Part shown: one piece after another, positions 38,198-48,832 of the stretch | How the letters are laid out: every line of letters starts with the position of its first letter | Numbering within the stretch: the first letter of the stretch is position 1 | DNA from: Dehalococcoidia bacterium | GTDB taxonomy: Bacteria > Chloroflexota > Dehalococcoidia > Plut-88900 | Direction: 5' to 3' | Assembly: GCA_963668115.1 (NCBI GenBank) | Contig: OY764147.1 | Coordinates: 2,010,061 to 2,074,060 of the forward strand | DNA length: 64,000 nucleotides | Made by a program: the position numbers and the translations under genes | The notes under the pieces: generated by a model | Told to the model about the DNA's origin: nothing | Databases searched by the model: none | What the model saw: only the letters and a program-made list of their open reading frames with translations

Positions 38198-38226
38198 TTG
38201 ACTACCCCCGACCCCTTGCATTACAT
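38198..38226 (+). promoter_or_regulatory. Candidate promoter of acs
   Basis: TTGACT (38198-38203), 17 nt, TTACAT (38221-38226). SD GGAGGTG precedes the ATG at 38283. Confidence 0.4.
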
Positions 38227-38282
38227 TTTGGGCCGAGAACCCGCCCGGGCCCCGCGCCCGCGCCGCTCACGGAGGTGGACCC

Positions 38283-40031
<1,749 letters not shown>

Positions 40032-40055
40032 CCACCGAATGTTAGCTTCACAGAC

Positions 40056-40694
40056 TTGGGCAGGCCCCGCCACCCGAGGCCGCCCTTGATCGCCCTCGGC
40101 CTCGACCCCTCGGGCTCCGAGCGCAAGAGGTCGGGCTTGGCCGTGATCGATGAAGACCTCAACGCCGAGTCACGAGTCGTCAAAACCGACGCCGAAATCC
40201 TCCAGGCCATCCACGAAGCGCAACCCGACGTCGTAGCCATCGACTCACCCCTCGCCCTCCCCAAGGGCCGCTGTTGCGCGGATCCTTCTTGCGCCTGTGC
40301 TGTCCACGGCATCGTCCGCTCCGCAGACAGGGCCGTCTCCCGCATGGGCTACCGCCCCTTCTGGACCCTCCTCCCCTCCATGGTCAACCTCACCCTCCGC
40401 TCCATCCGCCTCCGCGAGACCCTGGAGTCGTCCGGCATCAAGGTCATCGAGGTATACCCAGGCGCCGCCCAGGACCGACTCGGCCTTCCGAGAAAGCAGC
40501 GCGGAGAGGACGCCCTGCTACAGGGACTATACGGCCTCGGCATCCGCTTCCCCGAGCCCGACCGCAAACGCGTCCATGATGAACTGGATGCCATAACTGC
40601 CGCCTACGTCGGCCTATGCTGGCTCCAAAACGCCTTCGAGGCCGCAGGCCCCCCCGACGAAATCCAGATTATCCTTCCCCTTGCAGCCCGGTAA
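40056..40694 (+). CDS. Predicted RNase H-fold nuclease (DUF429/COG2410-like)
   Basis: IALGLDPSG...SGLAVID...VVAIDSPLALPKG... resembles DUF429-type proteins. Weak, by eye. Confidence 0.4.
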   Translation: MGRPRHPRPPLIALGLDPSGSERKRSGLAVIDEDLNAESRVVKTDAEILQAIHEAQPDVVAIDSPLALPKGRCCADPSCACAVHGIVRSADRAVSRMGYRPFWTLLPSMVNLTLRSIRLRETLESSGIKVIEVYPGAAQDRLGLPRKQRGEDALLQGLYGLGIRFPEPDRKRVHDELDAITAAYVGLCWLQNAFEAAGPPDEIQIILPLAAR

Positions 40695-40698
40695 CCCC

Positions 40699-41427
40699 AT
40701 GCCAGCCAAGACCGGCCCCCCAGCCCAGTACGTCGAGAGAATGTTTTCCCGTATCGCACGGCGTTACGATTTTCTCAACACGACCATCACCCTGGGAAGG
40801 CATCGGCGCTGGAAGAGGGCGGCAGCCCTCGCGGCGGGCAAAGCCCAGGGCCGGGGCCCGGGCCTCGACATCGCCACCGGCACCGGCGATATCGCATTCA
40901 CCCTCTCAAAACAGCCGAACGTCACTTCCGTCCTGGGCATAGACCTCTCGCGTTCCATGATCGACATAGCCCGACGCAAAGCTTCCGAGAAGTTCCCCGA
41001 CCGCCCCGTCTCATTCCTCCAGGCCGACGCCCTCTCCCTCCCCTTCCCCGACGAGTCCTTCGTCGCCGTAACTTCCGGCTTCGCCCTCCGCAACGTGGAG
41101 AACGTCGAGACCTGCGTCTCGGAGATGGTTCGCGTACTAAGGCCCGGGGGCCGGGTCGCCGTCGTCGACCTCAGCCCCGTCAAAGGCTGGTCGCCCCTCA
41201 ACTTCCTGCTCGAGATCTACGTGCGCCGCTTCATCCCCCTCCTCGGACACCTCATGGCCGGAGACCGCTCCTCCTACTCCTACCTCTCCGAGTCCATAGA
41301 CCGCTTCCCCAACGCCGACGGCCTCGCCGAAATCCTCCGCACCGCCGGCCTCGAAAACGTCGGCTACCGGCGCATGAACATGGGCATCGTAGCACTCCAC
41401 TGGGGCTCCAAACCCAACCTCCCCTGA
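40699..41427 (+). CDS. ubiE: Demethylmenaquinone/ubiquinone methyltransferase
   Basis: VERMFSRIARRYDFLNTTITLGRHRRWKR, SAM motif LDIATGTGDIA. Start taken at ATG 40699, just after the upstream stop. Confidence 0.9.
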   Translation: MPAKTGPPAQYVERMFSRIARRYDFLNTTITLGRHRRWKRAAALAAGKAQGRGPGLDIATGTGDIAFTLSKQPNVTSVLGIDLSRSMIDIARRKASEKFPDRPVSFLQADALSLPFPDESFVAVTSGFALRNVENVETCVSEMVRVLRPGGRVAVVDLSPVKGWSPLNFLLEIYVRRFIPLLGHLMAGDRSSYSYLSESIDRFPNADGLAEILRTAGLENVGYRRMNMGIVALHWGSKPNLP

Positions 41428-41429
41428 CC

Positions 41430-41600
41430 CTTCTCTTCCCCTATCCGTCATTCCGCCCCCCGAGCCGGAATCTATCCCTCACATCCCCCGTCATTCCGGC
41501 CTCCGAGCCGGAATCCATCCCCGGGGCGCGGGCCGCTCATGCTGAGGCTCTCGAAGTATGAGCGGGGCGGGGTCCACGTAATGCCCCATCGTCGCGCCCG
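41430..41600. repeat. Hairpin-repeat cluster
   Basis: Two GTCATTCCG..CGAGCCGGAATC hairpins (about 41447-41475, 41489-41516) and CCGCTCAT-N17-ATGAGCGG (about 41532-41565). Confidence 0.85.
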
Positions 41601-41682
41601 CCCCACCCCCTTCCCCCCACCCGTATAATTCACCACTGCGATTACACGCCGCTAAAGGACATACGGACACCGACACCCGCCC

Positions 41683-42138
41683 ATGATCTCCCAGACCGCC
41701 GTCGAAAAGCTCGAAAAGGAAGCCTTCAGAGGGCCTTTCCTCACCCTTGCCGCCCTTCTCCTCATCATCGCTGGCCTGGCCACCATTGGCCTCGCCTTCT
41801 ACTTCTGGGCCGACCTCTCAGACACCGCCTCCGAGGTCTACTCCGCATCCCTTGAACAACGGCTGGCTGCTCCCGCCGACACCCTCCTGGGCAAGCAGCA
41901 ATCCAGCCTCTCCACCCACGATGAGTGGCTCGGCCTCCTCCCCTGGCAGGGCCTCGCCCTCATTCTGGTGGGTGTCGCCCTCCTCCTCTGGCGCTGGGTC
42001 GCCGCCGTCAGGCTCAGGATGACCGTCTCCGCCCTCATACTTCCCTCCCTCAGGAGCACGGAGTCCCTTGACCCGACCGACCACGAAATCTCCGCCTTTC
42101 AATCCCCACTAGACCCCGACCGTGAAGCCGAGTCCTGA
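41683..42138 (+). CDS. Hypothetical membrane protein
   Basis: 151-aa ORF with two clear TM segments. A TATAAT-like box is at about 41625. Confidence 0.45.
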   Translation: MISQTAVEKLEKEAFRGPFLTLAALLLIIAGLATIGLAFYFWADLSDTASEVYSASLEQRLAAPADTLLGKQQSSLSTHDEWLGLLPWQGLALILVGVALLLWRWVAAVRLRMTVSALILPSLRSTESLDPTDHEISAFQSPLDPDREAES

Positions 42139-42169
42139 GTCCCCTGACCCGCATCACAGAGGAAACCAC

Positions 42170-42898
42170 ATGACCACCCTCGAAAGCGCCGCCGAAGCCA
42201 TCGCCCGACCCGCCGTCGGCTTCACCCGCGCCCAGACCCTCGCCGTCCGATTCTGGGCCCCGCTCCTCTTCATGGGCCTCATCATTACCGCCTCCGCCTT
42301 CATTCTCGGCATCATCAACGGCATGGTCGCCTCCGACTATTTCGCCTTCTCCCTCTCCGAGCGCGAGGCCGCTGCCTCCGGCTCTGAAATCGTAGACAGG
42401 AAGGTGTTTATCGAATCCGTCGGCGCCTGGCTCCCGGAGCTGATGTTCCTCGGGCTCGGGCTGATTGTCGCCAGCATAGTTCAACTCTTCAACATCGTTC
42501 TCGGCAGCCTGCGGGTCTCCGGCGCCACCGTCCAGCAGTCCCTAGGCGTAACCATCATCCTCCCCGGCCCCCCCGTAACCGCCCGACTCTTCCCCCTCTT
42601 CACCGTCGCCGGCCTGGCCATCCTCTTCGTAGCCCTCGTCCTCGCCGTAGTCCAGGGTCTAATCGCCTCCGGCTACTGGGACCACTCCATCGCCACCGAG
42701 CTGAATCCGGCAGCCCCCGGCGACTCCCTACTCTCCACCCGCGGCACCCTGGAGTCCATGGACCGGTGGCTGGAGCCCGTCAAGTTCGCAGGACTGGGGT
42801 TGCTCTTCTCAGGTGTCGGCCTCGCCGCCGCCAGCGTCATCTGGGTCATGCGCTTCCAGAGCCGCCGCCTCCTCGACATCCTCGCCGGCCGACCCTAA
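42170..42898 (+). CDS. Hypothetical polytopic membrane protein
   Basis: Start at ATG 42170 (SD GAGGAA). About 6 TM segments. No family recognised. Confidence 0.45.
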   Translation: MTTLESAAEAIARPAVGFTRAQTLAVRFWAPLLFMGLIITASAFILGIINGMVASDYFAFSLSEREAAASGSEIVDRKVFIESVGAWLPELMFLGLGLIVASIVQLFNIVLGSLRVSGATVQQSLGVTIILPGPPVTARLFPLFTVAGLAILFVALVLAVVQGLIASGYWDHSIATELNPAAPGDSLLSTRGTLESMDRWLEPVKFAGLGLLFSGVGLAAASVIWVMRFQSRRLLDILAGRP

Positions 42899-42899
42899 C

Positions 42900-43158
42900 C
42901 CCCCTCAAAGGGTTCAGGGGATGGGTGTCCCACCCCCTCTCCCTCAACGATTCCTTTGCATAACCGTCATTCCCGACCCCGATCGGGCTGTAAGTGCGCC
43001 TCGGGCGTGAATCCATCCCTTGGGGTGGGGCATTCCGCTCGCCCTGAGCCGAGTCGAAGGGTCTCAAGAGCGGAATGGGTGGGGTGTCCCGCTCCCTCGA
43101 CTCGTAGGTACGCAAAGGTCACTCGACCAGAGAGGGCTGGGGTGAGGGTGATTCCTTC
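42900..43158. repeat. Hairpin-repeat cluster
   Basis: GTCATTCCCGACCCCGATCGGG...GTGAATCC (about 42963-43015), CATTCCGCTC-N27-GAGCGGAATG (43022-43090), GAGAGGGCTGGGGTGAGGGTGA (about 43129-43150). Confidence 0.85.
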
Positions 43159-43160
43159 CC

Positions 43161-43559
43161 CTAAATCACCGCATCCGCATCTATCTCCACCACCATGTCC
43201 GGGTGCACCAGCGCGTCCGTCCCCAGCAGCGTGCACACCGGCTTGATCTCCCCGAACACCTCCCCGTGCGCAGTCCCGACCTCCTCCGCGTGGTTCTGCA
43301 CGTCCACCACGAACACCCGAGTCCTCACCACGTTCTCCAGCGACCCCCCAGCCTGCTCCACGTACCCCTTGATCAGCCCCAGGATGTGTTTCGTCTGCTC
43401 GTAGTAGTCCCCCGGCGCATACACCGACCCGTCCCCCGACGTCGACGCATTCCCCGCTATGAATATGTGGCTGGTCGGGTTATCGACCCTGATCGCCCGG
43501 CAATACCCGAACTTCGCCTCCAACGGCCTTCCGCTCCCTACCTGAGTTCTTTCTCCCAT
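43161..43559 (-). CDS. RidA/YjgF-family protein
   Basis: 132 aa. ...HIFIAGNAS...YEQTKHILGLIKGYVEQAGGSLENVVRTRVFV...VEIDADAVI. Confidence 0.85.
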   Translation of the reverse strand: MGERTQVGSGRPLEAKFGYCRAIRVDNPTSHIFIAGNASTSGDGSVYAPGDYYEQTKHILGLIKGYVEQAGGSLENVVRTRVFVVDVQNHAEEVGTAHGEVFGEIKPVCTLLGTDALVHPDMVVEIDADAVI

Positions 43560-43602
43560 GCTTCTCCTCCTGGTTCCTTCTCGATATCCTTAGACCTCTC
43601 CC

Positions 43603-44553
43603 CTATGGCCTTTCAAAACCCCCTGAGAATATCACCTCCCTGCACGCGTCAAAGGCCAACATCACCATGAGGTCGTCCCTGCTGTCCCCGCCGATAACCT
43701 CCCGATAGACATCCTTCCCTATCTCAGCCTCAATGCAATGCTGCCCCGACACCGGCAGCGCCAACACCAGCCTGCCCATCTCCTCCGGGCCCAGACTCCC
43801 CTCCAGCAGCCTCTCGAAATAGTCCTCGTCTATGATCTCTTCCGGCGCCCGGATGGATATCTCCGACCCGTAGTCGAAATAGCTGACCTCGTAAGGCCTC
43901 CCGCCGCCCTCCGTGCGCACTGAAATTAGCAGGGGAAGCAGTCCCGACCGGCTCACCCACATCTCCACCTCGGGAGTTTCCCGCAGACCGTCCAGCCCCG
44001 ACGTCCTCCTCAACCCCTCCCCTGCGTTGCCCCTTAGATGGTACGCCGACTCACCCTCCACCACCCCGTCCCCGACCATCTCCAGGCCGCCGATGTCCGC
44101 CGCTAGGTCCCCCAAAACGTACGGGAACCTCGAAAGCGCTTCTGCCTCCCCCGACGCGTCTTCCACCGCAATCCACGCCTGGAACCCGGGCGGCAACACG
44201 TACATAGCGTCTCCCATGTAGATGTATTCCAGGCGTGCCCCCTGCCCCTCCCCCGACGGCGCAATGCTCAACACCCGCGCCCTCCCCGGACGCTCCACCT
44301 CCGCCTCGATAGTCAAATCTCCGTCCGACGTTTCGTTCACCACCATCAGCCGGAACGTCGCCGCCGACCCCAGGTTCTCCTCCGCCGAACGCAGTATCGA
44401 AAGCGCATCCGACTCCATAGGCGCTGCCGTAGCCGTCGCAGTAGGAGTTGGACCCTGAGTCCCCGAAGCAGGCGTCGCCGTGACCAACAGCCCCTCACAC
44501 GCGAGACCGGCAAGGAACACGGCAACTAGGATCAGGTAAAGGCCAAGTTTCAT
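43603..44553 (-). CDS. Secreted lipoprotein, LolA/LprG-like fold suspected (paralog 1)
   Basis: Start at MKLGLYLILVAVFLAGLAC (ATG 44553), Thr/Pro linker. The C-terminal ...CIEAEIG..VY.EVI.G... motif is shared with 44701..45735. Confidence 0.5.
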   Translation of the reverse strand: MKLGLYLILVAVFLAGLACEGLLVTATPASGTQGPTPTATATAAPMESDALSILRSAEENLGSAATFRLMVVNETSDGDLTIEAEVERPGRARVLSIAPSGEGQGARLEYIYMGDAMYVLPPGFQAWIAVEDASGEAEALSRFPYVLGDLAADIGGLEMVGDGVVEGESAYHLRGNAGEGLRRTSGLDGLRETPEVEMWVSRSGLLPLLISVRTEGGGRPYEVSYFDYGSEISIRAPEEIIDEDYFERLLEGSLGPEEMGRLVLALPVSGQHCIEAEIGKDVYREVIGGDSRDDLMVMLAFDACREVIFSGGFERP

Positions 44554-44700
44554 ACCCACACGGTAGCACGCCCTCAACCCGACCACTACCCGCCAGGACT
44601 GGGCGACCTCCACCCTCCACCTTGCATCCTTCGCGAATTTCAGTCCTCCACGCAGTATGGAAAGCATGCTCAAGTCCAGGTCTATATATCCTCGGCGGCC

Positions 44701-45735
44701 CTATGGCCCTAATGGAAACTCGTGCTCGCAACCGTAGAAGGCGTATCTTACAAGCATGACCTCATAGCTCTCTCCGGCGATCACTTCACTGTAGACAGCC
44801 GGGCCAATCTCAGCTTCAATGCACTGTTGGAATTGAACGGGAAAGGAACGAACTAAGAATCCTAGCCTCTCGGGGTTGATAGTACCCTCTATAAGCTCTC
44901 CGAAATAGGATAAGTCAATAAACTCTTCGGGCATGGAGATGTCAAAGTCAGCCTCGTAATCGGAATAAGTGAGCGTGACGAGCGTCCGGGAATCGTCATT
45001 GTCTCGTATCTCGATGTGGAGAGGCAGCAGTCCCGTCTGGCTGATCCAAAGGTCGACTTGCGGGTCTACAAGCCTGCCAGCGAAATACGTTGCCCAACCC
45101 ACCTCTTCAGTGGGTTGGCTAGTCAGACGGTATGCGACTGCACCGTCTATCACTTCCTCCGCAAGCCTCTCGAAGGCGGAACCCCCGCCTAGGAGTTCGG
45201 CTAAATCATTGTACGGGAATCCTGGCAACCTTTGATTGGACGATTCATCCAATGCGAGCCATCCCTGCCATAGAACCTCGGGATAAAGGATCCAGTCAGA
45301 CTCTCCTATGGTTATGTGGGCGGTAGTGATGTCCTCTCCGTCCGGGTCGTCCCAGATGTAGTGGACTAGAGATCTGTCAGGAGGGGCAATGTCCGCTGTA
45401 ATCCTCTCGTGTTCTCTGTCAATTATAGTGATGTGGAAGGATGATGCGCCCATGAGGTTTTTCTCGGCGGCGCGGAAGATTGAGAGGGCATCGGGCTGAG
45501 TGGCAGAGGGAGTGTGCGTGGGGGTGGGGATGGGTGTCGACAAGGGAGTAGGCGTAACGATTGGCGCAGGCTTTGGGGTGGGGATGGGTGTGGCCGTAGC
45601 GGCTGGGGTTGCCGTGGGGATAAGAGCAGCGGTCGGGGTGACCTCCTGTACAGAGGTTGCCGTCGGCACCACGTCCTCACACGCCAGCGCGGCAGACACC
45701 AGCCCGACCAGCACTAAGAGCCAAACATACTTCAT
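44701..45735 (-). CDS. Secreted lipoprotein (paralog 2, AT-richer 3' two-thirds)
   Basis: MKYVWLLVLVGLVSAALAC lipobox, long Thr/Pro linker. Same domain order and C-terminal Cys motif as paralog 1. Confidence 0.5.
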   Translation of the reverse strand: MKYVWLLVLVGLVSAALACEDVVPTATSVQEVTPTAALIPTATPAATATPIPTPKPAPIVTPTPLSTPIPTPTHTPSATQPDALSIFRAAEKNLMGASSFHITIIDREHERITADIAPPDRSLVHYIWDDPDGEDITTAHITIGESDWILYPEVLWQGWLALDESSNQRLPGFPYNDLAELLGGGSAFERLAEEVIDGAVAYRLTSQPTEEVGWATYFAGRLVDPQVDLWISQTGLLPLHIEIRDNDDSRTLVTLTYSDYEADFDISMPEEFIDLSYFGELIEGTINPERLGFLVRSFPVQFQQCIEAEIGPAVYSEVIAGESYEVMLVRYAFYGCEHEFPLGP

Positions 45736-45779
45736 CCCCCCACCCTACCACACCCCTCCCCCATTGCTATAATCAACCC

Positions 45780-47975
45780 GTGACCACCGCACAAAACCTT
45801 CTGGAAGGCCTCAACCCGCCCCAGCGCGAAGCCGTCGAGACCGTAGACGGCCCGCTCCTAATCCTTGCCGGGCCGGGCAGCGGCAAGACGCGTGTAATTA
45901 CCCACCGCATCGCCTACCTCATGCAGGTCGTCGGCGTCTACCCCAGCCGCATCATGGCCGTCACCTTCACCAACAAGGCCTCCAGGGAGATGCGGGAGCG
46001 GGTCTTCGACCTCGTCGGCCAGGAAACCGAGCGCCTCACCATGGGCACCTTCCACGCCATCTGCGTCCGTATCCTCCGCATGGACGGCGAGCCCATCGGG
46101 CTCAATCGCAACCTCGTCATCTACGATGAGGACGACAAGACCTCCATCATCAAGGAGGCCATGCAGGACATCAACGTCGACACCCGCAACTTCCCCCCCC
46201 GCACCATCTCCTCCGCCATCTCCGCCAGCAAGAGCCAGATGATCGACGCCGAGTCCCACCGACTCCACGTCCACAGCTACTTCGACGAGGTCGTGGGCCG
46301 GGTCTTCCAGCGCTACCAGGCCATCCTCGAGGGCAACAACGGCGTCGATTTCGACGACCTCCTCCTCAAGGCCGTCCAGCTCTTCGACCGCTCCCCCGAC
46401 ACCCTCGAAAGGTACGCCAACCGCTACCGCTACCTCCTCATCGACGAATTCCAGGACACCAACGTAGTCCAGTACCGCCTCGCCCGCCAGCTCGCCAGCG
46501 CCCACGGCAACATCTGCGTCGTCGGAGACCCCGACCAGTCCATCTACTCCTGGCGCCACGCCGACATCCGCAACATCCTCAGCTTCGAAAAGGACTTTCC
46601 CAAGGCCAAGACGATATTCCTGGAGCAGAACTACCGGTCCACTCAGACTATCCTGGACTCCGCCCACCACGTCATTGCAGGCAATCGCCAGCGCAAGGAG
46701 AAGAGCCTCTGGACCGACAAGGGCCTCGGCGTCCCCATCACCATGTCCGAGGCCTACAACGAGCAGGACGAGGCTCAGACCGTCGCCCGGGAAGTCGAAC
46801 GCCTCCAGCGCGACGACAATTACGCCCCCGGCGACATCGCCGTCATGTACCGCACCAACGCCCAGTCCCGAGTCCTCGAAGAGTCCTTCATGCGCTACGG
46901 TATCCCCTACCGGCTGGTCGGCGGCACCCGGTTCTACGAGCGCCGCGAGGTTAAGGACGTAGTCGCCTACCTCCGTCTCGTCCATAACCCCTACGACACC
47001 GTCAGCCTCCGCCGCATCATCAACGTCCCCAAGCGCGGCATCGGCCAGAAGACCGTCGACGGCCTGTTCATGTGGGCCGAGCAGCTTGCCATGCCCCCCT
47101 ACACCGCCCTCCAACTCCTCGCCAACCCCCCCGACACCGGAGTCCCCGAGCCCCCCTTCGGCCCCGCCCCCCGGCGCACCCTGACCGCCTTCCTCCACAT
47201 GCTCAACGGCCTGCTGGAGGACGGCAAGAGTGTGGAGGTCACCCAGCTTATAAGCATGGTCGCGGAGCGCTCCGGCTACCGGGACGCCCTCCTGGAGTCC
47301 GAGGACCGCGGCGAGGACCGATGGGAAAACGTAATGGAGCTCCGCTCCGTCGCCTCCGAGTACCTGGGCATGGAACCCGACGAAGCCCTCACCGCCCTCC
47401 TCGACGGCGTTGCCCTCGTCTCTGACACCGACGATATCGACGCACGAGCGAATGCAGTCACCCTCATCACCCTGCACCAGGCCAAGGGCCTCGAATACCC
47501 GGCAGTCTTCCTCGTCGGCATGGAGGAGGGCCTGCTCCCCCACCGCCGCTCCATCGACGACCCCGATCAGATGGAAGAGGAACGCCGCCTCTGCTACGTG
47601 GGAATGACCCGGGCCAAGGAGCGCCTCTATCTCGTCAGGGCCTTCCGGCGCAACATGATGGGCTCCAGCAACGTCAACCCGCCCTCCCGCTTCCTCGAGG
47701 CCATACCCCGGGGCCTGACCGCCAGCTTCTCCCAGAACCCCAAAGGCTACCAGGCCCGCGCCGACGACCTCTGGTGGTCGCCCCCCAAACCGAAGCCCAA
47801 ACGGGCCGCCCTCTTCTCCGCCGGCGACCGCGTCCGCCACAACGCCTTCGGCGAAGGCATAGTAGTATCCTGCACCGAATCCGGGGAAGACCACCTCGTC
47901 ACCGTAGCCTTCAAAGGCGCCCACGGCATCAAGAAACTCCTCCTGAGCTACGCCCCCCTGGAAAAACTCACCTAA
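45780..47975 (+). CDS. uvrD: UvrD/PcrA-type ATP-dependent DNA helicase
   Basis: LLEGLNPPQREAV...LILAGPGSGKTRV (Walker A), DEFQDTN, VGDPDQSIYSWR, ...TLHQAKGLE... Start taken at GTG 45780. The upstream part of the track ORF is a Pro/Thr-rich artefact. Confidence 0.93.
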   Translation: MTTAQNLLEGLNPPQREAVETVDGPLLILAGPGSGKTRVITHRIAYLMQVVGVYPSRIMAVTFTNKASREMRERVFDLVGQETERLTMGTFHAICVRILRMDGEPIGLNRNLVIYDEDDKTSIIKEAMQDINVDTRNFPPRTISSAISASKSQMIDAESHRLHVHSYFDEVVGRVFQRYQAILEGNNGVDFDDLLLKAVQLFDRSPDTLERYANRYRYLLIDEFQDTNVVQYRLARQLASAHGNICVVGDPDQSIYSWRHADIRNILSFEKDFPKAKTIFLEQNYRSTQTILDSAHHVIAGNRQRKEKSLWTDKGLGVPITMSEAYNEQDEAQTVAREVERLQRDDNYAPGDIAVMYRTNAQSRVLEESFMRYGIPYRLVGGTRFYERREVKDVVAYLRLVHNPYDTVSLRRIINVPKRGIGQKTVDGLFMWAEQLAMPPYTALQLLANPPDTGVPEPPFGPAPRRTLTAFLHMLNGLLEDGKSVEVTQLISMVAERSGYRDALLESEDRGEDRWENVMELRSVASEYLGMEPDEALTALLDGVALVSDTDDIDARANAVTLITLHQAKGLEYPAVFLVGMEEGLLPHRRSIDDPDQMEEERRLCYVGMTRAKERLYLVRAFRRNMMGSSNVNPPSRFLEAIPRGLTASFSQNPKGYQARADDLWWSPPKPKPKRAALFSAGDRVRHNAFGEGIVVSCTESGEDHLVTVAFKGAHGIKKLLLSYAPLEKLT

Positions 47976-47977
47976 CC

Positions 47978-48215
47978 CCCACCCCATCGTCATTCCCAAC
48001 CCCGATCTGGAATCCATCCTCTGGGGTGGGGCATTCCGCTCGCCCTGAGCGGAGTCGAAGGGTCTCAAGAGCGGAATGGGTGGGGTGTCCCCTCCCCCCT
48101 TGATAAAGACATATCAAAAATGTCGAAGATCCGCCTTTGGAGGGCACTGCATTTTTGATATGTCAATAAAACAGGGCGGGCGGGTGGGCACCGCTTACTC
48201 CCGCGGGGTGTGGGG
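47978..48215. repeat. Hairpin-repeat cluster
   Basis: GTCATTCCCAACCCCGATCTGGAATCC, CATTCCGCTC-N27-GAGCGGAATG (48022-48092), and the 15-bp AT-stem hairpin at 48108-48164. Confidence 0.85.
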
Positions 48216-48217
48216 CA

Positions 48218-48661
48218 CTACCCCACCACCGAAATCCCATCCCCCACCGCAATATCCCCACCCCTCGCCACCCGAGTCAGCATCCCCCGACGCCCCTCCA
48301 GCTCCTCCCTCAGCCCCGGCCTCACCGCATCCATCCGCTCGCACGGGTTGCAAAGCTCCGTCACCTCCAGCTCCACCTCCGCCCCGATTCGCACCCTCTG
48401 CCCCGGCGCCAGCGAGTAGATGTCCATCCCTTCCGTCGTGATGTTCTCCCGCACCGTCCCCGGGTTCAGGCCCAGCAGGTCGATCGTCTCCTTGTCCATC
48501 ATCAGCACCTGCCGCTTCGCCCGGTTCATCCCCCGCTTCACCGCGTACCTGTCTCCCTCGATGCCCAGGTCCTCGATCACATGGGCCCTGTCCCGAGACT
48601 CCATCTCCCCGAAGTGACTCTTCGAAACACTGATTGCATGTACCTGAGGCCCGCTAGCCAT
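48218..48661 (-). CDS. MOSC-domain protein
   Basis: ...IEGDRYA...RQVLMMDKETIDLL...NITTEGMDI...ELCNPCERMD... (conserved Cys). Start at ATG 48661 (MASGPQVH). Confidence 0.8.
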   Translation of the reverse strand: MASGPQVHAISVSKSHFGEMESRDRAHVIEDLGIEGDRYAVKRGMNRAKRQVLMMDKETIDLLGLNPGTVRENITTEGMDIYSLAPGQRVRIGAEVELEVTELCNPCERMDAVRPGLREELEGRRGMLTRVARGGDIAVGDGISVVG

Positions 48662-48736
48662 ATTCTCGCCCTCCCTGCCCGTTTGAATTGCCCCCCATTC
48701 TAGGTTTCCCAAAGCTCAGTGTCCAACCAAAGCGGT

Positions 48737-48823
48737 CACCCCCAATTCGAGGACCGACTGCGAATGAACTGTACGCAATACGTGTAAAACTTGGAAACGT
48801 CCACCCCCAATTCGAGGACCGAC
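48737..48823 (-). repeat. Two 22-nt direct repeats flanking a 43-nt AT-rich spacer, immediately 3' of tnpB
   Basis: Minus-strand GTCGGTCCTCGAATTGGGGGTG at 48823-48802 and 48758-48737. The spacer 48801-48759 is about 42% GC. Confidence 0.9.
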
Positions 48824-48832
48824 CGCAGGATT

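Noticed and set aside
45858-48068. 736-aa minus-strand ORF
   Set aside because: Antisense shadow of the uvrD/pcrA gene (Gly/Val/Asp/Glu/Ala-rich, no motifs). The same applies to 14012..15253(-) opposite gap, 38202..39278(-) opposite acs, 11935..13095(-) opposite LOG/eno, 25285..26691(+) opposite ileS, and 51793..53064(-) in an alternative frame over MscS.
48737-48823. Calling the two 22-nt repeats a CRISPR array
   Set aside because: Only two repeats and one spacer, a 22-nt repeat shorter than typical, and no adaptation genes. Reported as a TnpB-end duplication hypothesis, not annotated as CRISPR.
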